64,000 bases of DNA, taken from NCBI GenBank assembly GCA_032718475.1, contig JAUCBJ010007289.1, forward strand, positions 124,001 to 188,000, read 5' to 3'. This stretch comes from Nemertoderma westbladi. Taxonomy: Eukaryota; Animalia; Xenacoelomorpha. Below, in pieces: positions 1 to 18,000 of this stretch (its first letter is position 1; each line of letters starts with the position of its first letter). The translations under genes were made by a program, and so were the position numbers. The notes beneath the pieces were generated by a model. The model was given only the letters and a program-made list of their open reading frames with translations, made no database searches and was not told the origin of the DNA.

Positions 1-3000
1 TCAACAACAACAATATAAATAAAGAGGTCAACAACAACAATATAAATAAAGAGATATGTCAACAACAACAATATAAATAAAGAGGTCAACAACAACAATA
101 TAAATAAAGAGATATGTCAACAACAACAATATAAATAAAGAGGTCAACAACAACAATATAAATAAAGAGGTCAACAACAACAATATAAATAAAGAGATAT
201 GTCAACAACAACAATATAAATAAAGAGGTCAACAACAACAATATAAATAAAGAGATATGTCAACAACAACAATATAAATAAAGAGATATGTCAACAACAA
301 CAATATAAATAAAGAGGTCAACAACAACAATATAAATAAAGAGATATGTCAACAACAACAATATAAATAAAGAGGTCAACAACAACAATATAAATAAAGA
401 GATATGTCAACAACAACAATATAAATAAAGAGATATGTCAACAACAACAATATAAATAAAGAGTATGTCAACAACAACAATATAAATAAAGAGATATGTC
501 AACAACAACAATATAAATAAAGAGGTCAACAACAACAATATAAATAAAGAGGTCAACAACAACAATATAAATAAAGAGATATGTCAACAACAACAATATA
601 AATAAAGAGGTCAACAACAACAATATAAATAAAGAGGTCAACAACAACAATATAAATAAAGAGATATGTCAACAACAACAATATAAATAAAGAGTTATGT
701 CAACAACAACAATATAAATAAAGAGATATGTCAACAACAACAATATAAATAAAGAGGTCAACAACAACAATATAAATAAAGAGGTCAACAACAACAATAT
801 AAATAAAGAGATATGTCAACAACAACAATATAAATAAAGAGATATGTCAACAACAACAATATAAATAAAGAGGTCAACAACAACAATATAAATAAAGAGA
901 TATGTCAACAACAACAATATAAATAAAGAGTTATGTCAACAACAACAATATAAATAAAGAGATATGTCAACAACAACAATATAAATAAAGAGGTCAACAA
1001 CAACAATATAAATAAAGAGGTGAACAACAACAATATAAATAAAGAGATATGTCAACAACAACAATATAAATAAAGAGATATGTCAACAACAACAATATAA
1101 ATAAAGAGTATGTCAACAACAACAATATAAATAAAGAGATATGTCAACAACAACAATATAAATAAAGAGATATGTCAACAACAACAATATAAATAAAGAG
1201 TTATGTCAACAACAACAATATAAATAAAGAGATATGTCAACAACAACAATATAAATAAAGAGGTCAACAACAACAATATAAATAAAGAGGTGAACAACAA
1301 CAATATAAATAAAGAGATATGTCAACAACAACAATATAAATAAAGAGTTATGTCAACAACAACAATATAAATAAAGAGATATGTCAACAACAACAATATA
1401 AATAAAGAGGTCAACAACAACAATATAAATAAAGAGGTGAACAACAACAATATAAATAAAGAGATATGTCAACAACAACAATATAAATAAAGAGATATGT
1501 CAACAACAACAATATAAATAAAGAGTATGTCAACAACAACAATATAAATAAAGAGATATGTCAACAACAACAATATAAATAAAGAGGTCAACAACAACAA
1601 TATAAATAAAGAGGTCAACAACAACAATATAAATAAAGAGATATGTCAACAACAACAATATAAATAAAGAGATATGTCAACAACAACAATATAAATAAAG
1701 AGATATGTCAACAACAACAATATAAATAAAGAGGTCAACAACAACAATATAAATAAAGAGGTCAACAACAACAATATAAATAAAGAGGTCAACAACAACA
1801 ATATAAATAAAGAGATATGTCAACAACAACAATATAAATAAAGAGATATGTCAACAACAACAATATAAATAAAGAGGTCAACAACAACAATATAAATAAA
1901 GAGGTCAACAACAACAATATAAATAAAGAGGTCAACAACAACAATATAAATAAAGAGATATGTCAACAACAACAATATAAATAAAGATATATGTCAACAA
2001 CAACAATATAAATAAAGAGATATGTCAACAACAACAATATAAATAAAGAGGTCAACAACAACAATATAAATAAAGAGGTGAACAACAACAATATAAATAA
2101 AGAGTTATGTCAACAACAACAATATAAATAAAGAGTTATGTCAACAACAACAATATAAATAAAGAGATATGTCAACAACAACAATATAAATAAAGAGGTC
2201 AACAACAACAATATAAATAAAGATGTCAACAACAACAATATAAATAAAGAGATATGTCAACAACAACAATATAAATAAAGAGATATGTCAACAACAACAA
2301 TATAAATAAAGAGGTCAACAACAACAATATAAATAAAGAGGTCAACAACAACAATATAAATAAAGAGGTCAACAACAACAATATAAATAAAGAGATATGT
2401 CAACAACAACAATATAAATAAAGATATATGTCAACAACAACAATATAAATAAAGAGATATGTCAACAACAACAATATAAATAAAGAGGTCAACAACAACA
2501 ATATAAATAAAGAGGTCAACAACAACAATATAAATAAAGAGGTGAACAACAACAATATAAATAAAGATATATGTCAACAACAACAATATAAATAAAGAGA
2601 TATGTCAACAACAACAATATAAATAAAGAGGTCAACAACAACAATATAAATAAAGAGGTGAACAACAACAATATAAATAAAGAGTTATGTCAACAACAAC
2701 AATATAAATAAAGAGATATGTCAACAACAACAATATAAATAAAGAGGTCAACAACAACAATATAAATAAAGAGGTGAACAACAACAATATAAATAAAGAG
2801 ATATGTCAACAACAACAATATAAATAAAGAGTTATGTCAACAACAACAATATAAATAAAGAGATATGTCAACAACAACATTATAAATAAAGAGGTCAACA
2901 ACAACAATATAAATAAAGAGGTGAACAACAACAATATAAATAAAGAGATATGTCAACAACAACAATATAAATAAAGAGATATGTCAACAACAACAATATA

Positions 3001-6000
3001 AATAAAAAGATATGTCAACAACAACAATATAAATAAAGAGGTGAACAACAACAATATAAATAAAGAGATATGTCAACAACAACAATATAAATAAAGAGGT
3101 CAACAACAACAATATAAATAAAGAGGTGAACAACAACAATATAAATAAAGAGATATGTCAACAACAACAATATAAATAAAGAGATATGTCAACAACAACA
3201 ATATAAATAAAAAGATATGTCAACAACAACAATTTAAATAAAGAGGTGAACAACAACAATATAAATAAAGATATATGTCAACAACAACAATATAAATAAA
3301 GAGGTCAACAACAACAATATAAATAAAGAGGTCAACAACAACAATATAAATAAAGAGGTCAACAACAACAATATAAATAAAGAGATATGTCAACAACAAC
3401 AATATAAATAAAGATATATGTCAACAACAACAATATAAATAAAGAGATATGTCAACAACAACAATATAAATAAAGAGGTCAACAACAACAATATAAATAA
3501 AGAGGTCAACAACAACAATATAAATAAAGAGGTGAACAACAACAATATAAATAAAGATATATGTCAACAACAACAATATAAATAAAGAGATATGTCAACA
3601 ACAACAATATAAATAAAGAGGTCAACAACAACAATATAAATAAAGAGGTGAACAACAACAATATAAATAAAGAGTTATGTCAACAACAACAATATAAATA
3701 AAGAGATATGTCAACAACAACAATATAAATAAAGAGGTCAACAACAACAATATAAATAAAGAGGTGAACAACAACAATATAAATAAAGAGATATGTCAAC
3801 AACAACAATATAAATAAAGAGTTATGTCAACAACAACAATATAAATAAAGAGATATGTCAACAACAACAATATAAATAAAGAGGTCAACAACAACAATAT
3901 AAATAAAGAGGTGAACAACAACAATATAAATAAAGAGATATGTCAACAACAACAATATAAATAAAGAGATATGTCAACAACAACAATATAAATAAAAAGA
4001 TATGTCAACAACAACAATATAAATAAAGAGGTGAACAACAACAATATAAATAAAGAGATATGTCAACAACAACAATATAAATAAAGAGGTCAACAACAAC
4101 AATATAAATAAAGAGGTGAACAACAACAATATAAATAAAGAGATATGTCAACAACAACAATATAAATAAAGAGATATGTCAACAACAACAATATAAATAA
4201 AAAGATATGTCAACAACAACAATTTAAATAAAGAGGTGAACAACAACAATATAAATAAAGAGATATGTCAACAACAACAATTTAAATAAAGAGATATGTC
4301 AACAACAACAATATAAATAAAGAGATATGTCAACAACAACAATATAAATAAAGAGGTCAACAACAACAATATAAATAAAGAGGTGAACAACAACAATATA
4401 AATAAAGAGATATGTCAACAACAACAATATAAATAAAGAGATTTGTCAACAACAACAATATAAATAAAGAGATATGTCAACAACAACAATATAAATAAAG
4501 AGATATGTCAACAACAACAATATAAATAAAGAGATATGTCAACAACAACAATATAAATAAAGAGATATGTCAACAACAACAATATAAATAAAGAGATATG
4601 TCAACAACAACAATATAAATATAGAGGTCAACAACAACAATATAAATAAAGAGATATGTCAACAACAACAATATAAATAAAGAGATATGTCAACAACAAC
4701 AATATAAATAAAGAGGTCAACAACAACAATATAAATAAAGAGGTGAACAACAACAATATAAATAAAGAGATATGTCAACAACAACAATATAAATAAAGAG
4801 ATTTGTCAACAACAACAATATAAATAAAGAGATATGTCAACAACAACAATATAAATAAAGAGATATGTCAACAACAACAATATAAATAAAGAGATATGTC
4901 AACAACAACAATATAAATATAGAGGTCAACAACAACAATATAAATAAAGAGATATGTCAACAACAACAATATAAATATAGAGGTCAACAACAACAATATA
5001 AATAAAGAGATATGTCAACAACAACAATATAAATAAAGAGATATGTCAACAACAACAATATAAATATAGAGGTCAACAACAACAATATAAATAAAGAGAT
5101 ATGTCAACAATAACAATAGAAATAAAGAGATATGTCAACAATAACAATAGAAATAAAGAGATATGTCAACAACAACAATATAAATAAAGAGATATGTCAA
5201 CAACAACAATATAAATAAAGAGGTCAACAACAACAATATAAATAAAGAGGTGAACAACAACAATATAAATAAAGAGATATGTCAACAACAACAATATAAA
5301 TAAAAAGATATGTCAACAACAACAATATAAATAAAGAGATATGTCAACAACAACAATATAAATAAAGAGATATGTCAACAACAACAATATAAATAAAGAG
5401 ATATGTCAACAACAACAATATAAATAAAGAGGTCAACAACAACAATATAAATAAAGAGGTGAACAACAACAATATAAATAAAGAGATATGTCAACAACAA
5501 CAATATAAATAAAGAAGTCAACAACAACAATATAAATAAAGAGGTCAACAACAACAATATAAATAAAGAGGTGAACAACAACAATATAAATAAAGAGATA
5601 TGTCAACAACAACAATATAAATAAAGAGGTCAACAACAACAATATAAATAAAGAGGTGAACAACAACAATATAAATAAAGAGATATGTCAACAACAACAA
5701 TATAAATAAAGAGGTCAACAACAACAATATAAATAAAGAGGTGAACAACAACAATATAAATAAAGAGATATGTCAACAACAACAATATAAATAAAGAGGT
5801 CAACAACAACAATATAAATAAAGAGGTGAACAACAACAATATAAATAAAGAGATATGTCAACAACAACAATATAAATAAAGAGGTCAACAACAACAATAT
5901 AAATAAAGAGGTGAACAACAACAATATAAATAAAGAGATATGTCAACAACAACAATATAAATAAAGAGATATGTCAACAACAACAATATAAATAAAGAGA

Positions 6001-9000
6001 TATGTCAACAACAACAATATAAATAAAGAGATATGTCAACAACAACAATATAAATAAAGAGGTGAACAACAACAATATAAATAAAGAGACATGTCAACAA
6101 CAACAATATAAATAAAGAGATATGTCAACAACAACAATATAAATAAAGAGGTGAACAACAACAATATAAATAAAGAGATATGTCAACAACAACAATATAA
6201 ATAAAGAGATATGTCAACAACAACAATATAAATATAGAGGTCAACAACAACAATATAAATAAAGAGATATGTCAACAACAACAATATAAATAAAGAGATA
6301 TGTCAACAACAACAATATAAATAAAGAGATATGTCAACAACAACAATAGAAATAAAGAGGTCAACAACAACAATATAAATAAAGAGATATGTCAACAACA
6401 ACAATATAAATAAAGAGGTCAACAACAACAATATAAATAAAGAGGTGAACAACAACAATATAAATAAAGAGATATGTCAACAACAACAATATAAATAAAG
6501 AGGTGAACAACAACAATATAAATAAAGAGATATGTCAACAACAACAATATAAATAAAGAGGTGAACAACAACAATATAAATAAAGAGGTGAACAACAACA
6601 ATATAAATAAAGAGATATGTCAACAACAACAATATAAATAAAGAGATATGTCAACAACAACAATATAAATAAAGAAGTCAACAACAACAATATAAATAAA
6701 GAGATATGTCAACAATAACAATATAAATAAAGAGATATGTCAACAACAACAATATAAATAAAGAAGTCAACAACAACAATATAAATAAAGAGATATGTCA
6801 ACAATAACAATATAAATAAAGAGGTCAACAACAACAATATAAATAAAGAGATATGTCAACAACAACAATATAAATAAAGAGATATGTCAACAACAACAAT
6901 ATAAATAAAGAGATATGTCAACAACAACAATATAAATAAAGAGATATGTCAACAACAACAATATAAATAAAGAGGTCAACAACAACAATATAAATAAAGA
7001 GATATGTCAACAACAACAATATAAATAAAGAGATATGTCAACAACAACAATATAAATAAAGAGATATGTCAACAACAACAATAGAAATAAAGAGGTCAAC
7101 AACAACAATAGAAATAAAGAGATATGTCAACAACAACAATATAAATAAAGAGGTCAACAACAACAATATAAATAAAGAGGTGAACAACAACAATATAAAT
7201 AAAGAGATATGTCAACAACAACAATATAAATAAAGAGGTGAACAACAACAATATAAATAAAGAGATATGTCAACAACAACAATATAAATAAAGAGATATG
7301 TCAACAACAACAATATAAATAAAGAGGTGAACAACAACAATATAAATAAAGAGGTGAACAACAACAATATAAATAAAGAGATATGTCAACAACAACAATA
7401 TAAATAAAGAGACATGTCAACAACAACAATATAAATAAAGAGATATGTCAACAACAACAATATAAATAAAGAGATATGTCAACAACAACAATATAAATAA
7501 AGAGGTCAACAACAACAATATAAATAAAGAGATATGTCAACAACAACAATAGAAATAAAGAGATATGTCAACAACAACAATATAAATAAAGAGCTATGTC
7601 AACAACAACAATATAAATAAAGAGATATGTCAACAACAACAATATAAATAAAGAGATATGTCAACAACAACAATAGAAATAAAGAGATATGTCAACAACA
7701 ACAATATAAATAAAGAGATATGTCAACAACAACAATATAAATAAAGAGATATGTCAACAACAACAATATAAATAAAGAGGTCAACAACAACAATATAAAT
7801 AAAGAGATATGTCAACAACAACAATATAAATAAAGAGATATGTCAACAACAACAATATAAATAAAGAGATATGTCAACAACAACAATATAAATAAAGAGA
7901 TATGTCAACAACAACAATATAAATAAAGAGATATGTCAACAACAACAATATAAATAAAGAGGTCAACAACAACAATATAAATAAAGAAATATGTTAACAA
8001 CAACAATAGAAATAAAGAGGTGAATAACAACAATATAAATAAAGAGATATGTCAACAATAACAATAGAAATAAAGAGATATGTCAACAACAACAATATAA
8101 ATAAAGAGATATGTCAACAACAACAATATAAATAAAGAGATATGTCAACAACAACAATATAAATAAAGAGATATGTCAACAACAACAATATAAATAAAGA
8201 GATATGTCAACAACAACAATATAAATAAAGAGATATGTCAACAACAACAATATAAATAAAGAGACATGTCAACAACAACAATATAAATAAAGAGATATGT
8301 CAACAATAACAATAGAAATAAAGAGGTGAACAGCAACAATATAAATAAAGAGATATGTCAACAACAACAATACAAATAAAGAGATATGTCAACAACAACA
8401 ATATAAATAAAGAGATATGTCAACAACAACAATAGAAATAAAGAGATATGTCAACAACAACAATATAAATAAAGAGATATGTCAACAACAACAATATAAA
8501 TAAAGAGACATGTCAACAACAACAATATAAATAAAGAGATATGTCAACAACAACAATATAAATAAAGAGATATGTCAACAACAACAATACAAATAAAGAG
8601 ATATGTCAACAACAACAATATAAATAAAGAGATATGTCAACAACAACAATAGAAATAAAGAGATATGTCAACAACAACAATATAAATAAAGAGATATGTC
8701 AACAACAACAATATAAATAAAGAGATATGTCAACAACAACAATATAAATAAAGAGGTGAACAACAACAATATAAATAAAGAGATATGTCAACAACAACAA
8801 TTTAAATAAAGAGGTGAACAACAACAATATAAATAAAGAGATATGTCAACAACAACAATATAAATAAAGAGATATGTCAACAACAACAATATAAATAAAG
8901 AGGTCAACAACAACAATATAAATAAAGAGGTGAACAACAACAATATAAATAAAGAGATATGTCAACAACAACAATATAAATAAAGAGATATGTCAACAAC

Positions 9001-12000
9001 AACAATATAAATAAAGAGATATGTCAACAACAACAATATAAATAAAGAGATATGTCAACAACAACAATATAAATAAAGAGATATGTCAACAACAACAATA
9101 TAAATAAAGAGATATGTCAACAACAACAATATAAATAAAGAGATATGTCAACAACAACAATATAAATAAAGAGACATGTCAACAACAACAATATAAATAA
9201 AGAGATATGTCAACAATAACAATAGAAATAAAGAGGTGAACAGCAACAATATAAATAAAGAGATATGTCAACAACAACAATACAAATAAAGAGATATGTC
9301 AACAACAACAATATAAATAAAGAGATATGTCAACAACAACAATAGAAATAAAGAGATATGTCAACAACAACAATATAAATAAAGAGATATGTCAACAACA
9401 ACAATATAAATAAAGAGGTGAACAACAACAATATAAATAAAGAGATATGTCAACAACAACAATTTAAATAAAGAGGTGAACAACAACAATATAAATAAAG
9501 AGATATGTCAACAACAACAATATAAATAAAGAGATATGTCAACAACAACAATATAAATAAAGAGGTCAACAACAACAATATAAATAAAGAGGTGAACAAC
9601 AACAATATAAATAAAGAGATATGTCAACAACAACAATATAAATAAAGAGATATGTCAACAACAACAATATAAATAAAGAGATATGTCAACAACAACAATA
9701 TAAATAAAGAGATATGTCAACAACAACAATATAAATAAAGAGACATGTCAACAACAACAATATAAATAAAGAGATATGTCAACAACAACAATATAAATAA
9801 AGAGATATGTCAACAACAACAATATAAATAAAGATATATGTCAACAACAACAATAGAAATAAAGAGGTCAACAACAACAATATAAATAAAGAGATATGTC
9901 AACAACAACAATATAAATAAAGAGGTCAACAACAACAATATAAATAAAGAGGTGAACAACAACAATATAAATAAAGAGATATGTCAACAACAACAATATA
10001 AATAAAGAGGTGAACAACAACAATATAAATAAAGAGATATGTCAACAACAACAATATAAATAAAGAGGTGAACAACAACAATATAAATAAAGAGGTGAAC
10101 AACAACAATATAAATAAAGAGATATGTCAACAACAACAATATAAATAAAGAGACATGTCAACAACAACAATATAAATAAAGAGATATGTCAACAACAACA
10201 ATATAAATAAAGAGATATGTCAACAACAACAATATAAATAAAGAGGTCAACAACAACAATATAAATAAAGAGATATGTCAACAACAACAATAGAAATAAA
10301 GAGATATGTCAACAACAACAATATAAATAAAGAGCTATGTCAACAACAACAATATAAATAAAGAGATATGTCAACAACAACAATATAAATAAAGAGATAT
10401 GTCAACAACAACAATAGAAATAAAGAGATATGTCAACAACAACAATATAAATAAAGAGATATGTCAACAACAACAATATAAATAAAGAGATATGTCAACA
10501 ACAACAATATAAATAAAGAGGTCAACAACAACAATATAAATAAAGAGATATGTCAACAACAACAATATAAATAAAGAGATATGTCAACAACAACAATATA
10601 AATAAAGAGATATGTCAACAACAACAATATAAATAAAGAGATATGTCAACAACAACAATATAAATAAAGAGATATGTCAACAACAACAATATAAATAAAG
10701 AGGTCAACAACAACAATATAAATAAAGAAATATGTTAACAACAACAATAGAAATAAAGAGGTGAATAACAACAATATAAATAAAGAGATATGTCAACAAT
10801 AACAATAGAAATAAAGAGATATGTCAACAACAACAATATAAATAAAGAGATATGTCAACAACGACAATATAAATAAAGAGATATGTCAACAACAACAATA
10901 TAAATAAAGAGATATGTCAACAACAACAATATAAATAAAGAGATATGTCAACAACAACAATATAAATAAAGAGATATGTCAACAACAACAATATAAATAA
11001 AGAGACATGTCAACAACAACAATATAAATAAAGAGATATGTCAACAATAACAATAGAAATAAAGAGGTGAACAGCAACAATATAAATAAAGAGATATGTC
11101 AACAACAACAATACAAATAAAGAGATATGTCAACAACAACAATATAAATAAAGAGATATGTCAACAACAACAATAGAAATAAAGAGATATGTCAACAACA
11201 ACAATATAAATAAAGAGATATGTCAACAACAACAATATAAATAAAGAGACATGTCAACAACAACAATATAAATAAAGAGATATGTCAACAACAACAATAT
11301 AAATAAAGAGATATGTCAACAACAACAATACAAATAAAGAGATATGTCAACAACAACAATATAAATAAAGAGATATGTCAACAACAACAATAGAAATAAA
11401 GAGATATGTCAACAACAACAATATAAATAAAGAGATATGTCAACAACAACAATATAAATAAAGAGATATGTCAACAACAACAATATAAATAAAGAGGTGA
11501 ACAACAACAATATAAATAAAGAGATATGTCAACAACAACAATTTAAATAAAGAGGTGAACAACAACAATATAAATAAAGAGATATGTCAACAACAACAAT
11601 ATAAATAAAGAGATATGTCAACAACAACAATATAAATAAAGAGGTCAACAACAACAATATAAATAAAGAGGTGAACAACAACAATATAAATAAAGAGATA
11701 TGTCAACAACAACAATATAAATAAAGAGATATGTCAACAACAACAATATAAATAAAGAGATATGTCAACAACAACAATATAAATAAAGAGATATGTCAAC
11801 AACAACAATATAAATAAAGAGATATGTCAACAACAACAATATAAATAAAGAGATATGTCAACAACAACAATATAAATAAAGAGATATGTCAACAACAACA
11901 ATATAAATAAAGAGACATGTCAACAACAACAATATAAATAAAGAGATATGTCAACAATAACAATAGAAATAAAGAGGTGAACAGCAACAATATAAATAAA

Positions 12001-15000
12001 GAGATATGTCAACAACAACAATACAAATAAAGAGATATGTCAACAACAACAATATAAATAAAGAGGTATGTCAACAACAACAATAGAAATAAAGAGATAT
12101 GTCAACAACAACAATATAAATAAAGAGATATGTCAACAACAACAATATAAATAAAGAGGTGAACAACAACAATATAAATAAAGAGATATGTCAACAACAA
12201 CAATTTAAATAAAGAGGTGAACAACAACAATATAAATAAAGAGATATGTCAACAACAACAATATAAATAAAGAGATATGTCAACAACAACAATATAAATA
12301 AAGAGGTCAACAACAACAATATAAATAAAGAGGTGAACAACAACAATATAAATAAAGAGATATGTCAACAACAACAATATAAATAAAGAGATATGTCAAC
12401 AACAACAATATAAATAAAGAGATATGTCAACAACAACAATATAAATAAAGAGATATGTCAACAACAACAATATAAATAAAGAGACATGTCAACAACAACA
12501 ATATAAATAAAGAGATATGTCAACAACAACAATATAAATAAAGAGATATGTCAACAACAACAATATAAATAAAGATATATGTCAACAACAACAATATAAA
12601 TAAATAGATATGTCAACAACAACAATATAAATAAAGAGATATGTCAACAACAACAATATAAATAAAGAGATATGTCAACAACAACAATATAAATAAAGAT
12701 ATATGTCAACAACAACAATATAAATAAATAGATATGTCAACAACAACAATATAAATAAAGAGATATGTCAACAACAACAATATAAATAAAGAGACATGTC
12801 AACAACAACAATATAAATAAAGATATATGTCAACAACAACAATAGAAATAAAGAGGTGAATAACAACAATATAAATAAAGAGATATGTCAACAACAACAA
12901 TAGAAATAAAGAGATATGTCAACAACAACAATATAAATAAAGAGATATGTCAACAACAACAATATAAATAAAGAGATATGTCAACAACAACAATATAAAT
13001 AAAGAGATATGTCAACAACAACAATAGAAATAAAGAGATATGTCAACAACAACAATATAAATAAAGAGATATGTCAACAACAACAATATAAATAAAGAGA
13101 TATGTCAACAACAACAATATAAATAAAGAGGTCAACAACAACAATATAAATAAAGAGATATGTCAACAACAACAATAGAAATAAAGAGATATGTCAACAA
13201 CAACAATATAAATAAAGAGATATTTCAACAACAACAATATAAATAAAGAGATATGTCAACAACAACAATATAAATAAAGATATATGTCAACAACAACAAT
13301 AGAAATAAAGAGATATGTCAACAACAACAATATAAATAAAGAGATATGTCAACAACAACAATATAAATAAAGAGATATGTCAACAACAACAATATAAATA
13401 AAGAGATATGTCAACAACAACAATATAAATAAAGAGATATGTCAACAACAACAATATAAATAAAGAGATATGTCAACAACAACAATATAAATAAAGAGAT
13501 ATGTCAACAACAACAATATAAATAAAGAGGTCAACAACAACAATATAAATAAAGAGATATGTCAACAACAACAATAGAAATAAAGAGGTAAATAACAACA
13601 ATATAAATAAAGAGATATGTCAACAATAACAATAGAAATAAAGAGATATGTCAACAACAACAATATAAATAAAGAGATATGTCAACAACAACAATATAAA
13701 TAAAGAGATATGTCAACAACAACAATATAAATAAAGAGATATGTCAACAACAACAATATAAATAAAGAGATATGTCAACAACAACAATATAAATAAATAA
13801 ATATGTCAACAACAACAATATAAATAAAGAGATATGTGATCAACAACAATATAAATAAAGAGATATGTCAACAACAACAATATAAATAAAGAGATATGTC
13901 AACAACAACAATATAAATAAAGAGGTCAACAACAACAATATAAATAAAGAGATATGTCAACAACAACAATAGAAATAAAGAGGTAAATAACAACAATATA
14001 AATAAAGAGATATGTCAACAATAACAATAGAAATAAAGAGATATGTCAACAACAACAATATAAATAAAGAGATATGTCAACAACAACAATATAAATAAAG
14101 AGATATGTCAACAACAACAATATAAATAAAGAGATATGTCAACAACAACAATATAAATAAAGAGATATGTCAACAACAACAATATAAATAAAGAGATATG
14201 TAAACAACAACAATATAAATAAAGAGATATGTCAACAATAACAATATAAATAAAGAGGTGAACAGCAACAATATAAACAAAGAGATATGTCAACAACAAC
14301 AATATAAATAAAGAGATATGTCAACAACAACAATATAAATAAAGAGATATGTCAACAACAACAATATAAATAAAGAGGTCAACAACAACAATATAAATAA
14401 AGAGATATGTCAACAACAACAATAGAAATAAAGAGGTGAATAACAACAATATAAATAAAGAGATATGTCAACAATAACAATAGAAATAAAGAGATATGTC
14501 AACAACAACAATATAAATAAAGAGATATGTCAACAACAACAATATAAATAAAGAGATATGTCAACAACAACAATATAAATAAAGAGATATGTCAACAACA
14601 ACAATATAAATAAAGAGATATGTCGACAACAACAATATAAATAAAGAGGTCAACAACAACAATACAAATAAAGAGATATGTCAACAACAACAATATAAAA
14701 AAAGAGATATGTCGACAACAACAATATAAATAAAGAGGTCAACAACAACAATACAAATAAAGAGATATGTCAACAACAACAATATAAATAAAGAGATATG
14801 TCAACAACAACAATATAAATAAAGATATATGTCAACAACAACAATATAAATAAAGAGATATGTAAACAACAACAATATAAATAAAGAGATATGTCAACAA
14901 CAACAATATAAATAAAGAGATATGTCAACAACAACAATATAAATAAAGAGATATGTCAACAACAACAATATAAATAAAGAGACATGTCAACAACAACAAT

Positions 15001-18000
15001 ATAAATAAAGAGATATGTCAACAACAACAATATAAATAAAGAGATATGTCAACAACAACAATATAAATAAAGAGATATGTCAACAACAACAATATAAATA
15101 AAGATATATGTCAATATCAACAATAGAAATAAAGAGGTGAATAACAACAATATAAATAAAGAGATATGTCAACAACAACAATAGAAATAAAGAGATATGT
15201 CAACAACAACAATATAAATAAAGAGATATGTCAACAACAACAATATAAATAAAGAGATATGTCAACAACAACAATATAAATAAAGAGATATGTCAACAAC
15301 AACAATAGAAATAAAGAGATATGTCAACAACAACAATATAAATAAAGAGATATGTCAACAACAACAATATAAATAAAGAGATATGTCAACAACAACAATA
15401 TAAATAAAGAGGTCAACAACAACAATATAAATAAAGAGATATGTCAACAACAACAATAGAAATAAAGAGATATGTCAACAACAACAATATAAATAAAGAG
15501 ATATTTCAACAACAACAATATAAATAAAGAGATATGTCAACAACAACAATATAAATAAAGATATATGTCAACAACAACAATAGAAATAAAGAGATATGTC
15601 AACAACAACAATATAAATAAAGAGATATGTCAACAACAACAATATAAATAAAGAGATATGTCAACAACAACAATATAAATAAAGAGATATGTCAACAACA
15701 ACAATATAAATAAAGAGATATGTCAACAACAACAATATAAATAAAGAGATATGTCAACAACAACAATATAAATAAAGAGATATGTCAACAACAACAATAG
15801 AAATAAAGAGGTCAACAACAACAATATAAATAAAGAGATATGTCAACAACAACAATATAAATAAAGAGGTCAACAACAACAATATAAATAAAGAGGTGAA
15901 CAACAACAATATAAATAAAGAGATATGTCAACAACAACAATATAAATAAAGAGGTGAACAACAACAATATAAATAAAGAGATATGTCAACAACAACAATA
16001 TAAATAAAGAGGTGAACAACAACAATATAAATAAAGAGGTGAACAACAACAATATAAATAAAGAGATATGTCAACAACAACAATATAAATAAAGAAGTCA
16101 ACAACAACAATATAAATAAAGAGATATGTCAACAATAACAATATAAATAAAGAGATATGTCAACAACAACAATATAAATAAAGAAGTCAACAACAACAAT
16201 ATAAATAAAGAGATATGTCAACAATAACAATATAAATAAAGAGGTCAACAACAACAATATAAATAAAGAGATATGTCAACAACAACAATATAAATAAAGA
16301 GATATGTCAACAACAACAATATAAATAAAGAGGTCAACAACAACAATTTAAATAAAGAGGTCAACAACAACAACATAAATAAAGAGATATGTCAACAACA
16401 ACAATATAAATAAAGAGATATGTCAACAACAACAATATAAATAAAGAGATATGTCAACAACAACAATATAAATAAAGAGGTCAACAACAACAATATAAAT
16501 AAAGAGATATGTCAACAACAACAATAGAAATAAAGAGGTAAATAACAACAATATAAATAAAGAGATATGTCAACAATAACAATATAAATAAAGAGATATG
16601 TAAACAACAACAATATAAATAAAAAGATATGTCAACAATAACAATATAAATATAGAGATATGTCAACAACAACAATATAAATAAAGAGATATGTAAACAA
16701 CAACAATATAAATAAAGAGATATGTAAACAACAACAATATAAATAAAGAGGTGAACGGCAACAATATAAATAAAGAGATATGTCAACAACAACAATATAA
16801 ATAAAGAGATATGTAAACAACAACAATATAAATAAAGAGATATGTCAACAACAACAATATAAATAAAGAGATATGTCAACAACAACAATATAAATAAAGA
16901 GATATGTCAACAACAACAATATAAATAAAGAGATATGTCAACAACAACAATATAAATAAAGAGATATGTCAACAACAACAATATAAATAAAGAGATATGT
17001 CAACAACAACAATATAAATAAAGAGGTCAACAACAACAACATAAATAAAGAGATATGTCAACAACAACAATATAAATAAAGAGATATGTCAACAACAACA
17101 ATATAAATAAAGAGATATGTCAACAACAACAATATAAATAAAGAGGTCAACAACAACAATATAAATAAAGAGATATGTCAACAACAACAATAGAAATAAA
17201 GAGGTAAATAACAACAATATAAATAAAGAGATATGTCAACAATAACAATAGAAATAAAGAGATATGTCAACAACAACAATATAAATAAAGAGATATGTCA
17301 ACAACAACAATATAAATAAAGAGATATGTCAACAACAACAATATAAATAAAGAGATATGTCAACAACAACAATATAAATATAGAGATATGTCAACAACAA
17401 CAATATAAATAAAGAGATATGTCAACAACAACAATATAAATAAAGAGATATGTAAACAACAACAATATAAATAAAGAGATATGTAAACAACAACAATATA
17501 AATAAAGAGGTGAACGGCAACAATATAAATAAAGAGATATGTCAACAACAACAATATAAATAAAGAGATATGTAAACAACAACAATATAAATAAAAAGAT
17601 ATGTCAACAATAACAATATAAATAAAGAGGTGAATAACAATAATATAAATAAAGAGATATGTCAACAATAACAATAGAAATAAAGAGATATGTCAACAAC
17701 AACAATATAAATAAAGAGATATGTCAACAACAACAATATAAATAAAGAGATATGTCAACAACAACAATATAAATAAAGAGATATGTAAACAACAACAATA
17801 TAAATAAAAAGATATGTCAACAATAACAATATAAATAAAGAGGTGAACGGCAACAATATAAATAAAGAGATATGTCAACAACAACAATACAAATAAAGAG
17901 ATATGTCAACAACAACAATATAAATAAAGAGATATGTCAACAACAACAATATAAATAAAGAGATATGTCAACAACAACAATATAAATAAAGAGATATGTC

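Noticed and set aside
468-17887. Many hydrophobic minus-strand ORFs (MLLLTSLFI…)
   Set aside because: Translations of the satellite monomers with non-ATG starts; no coding signal.
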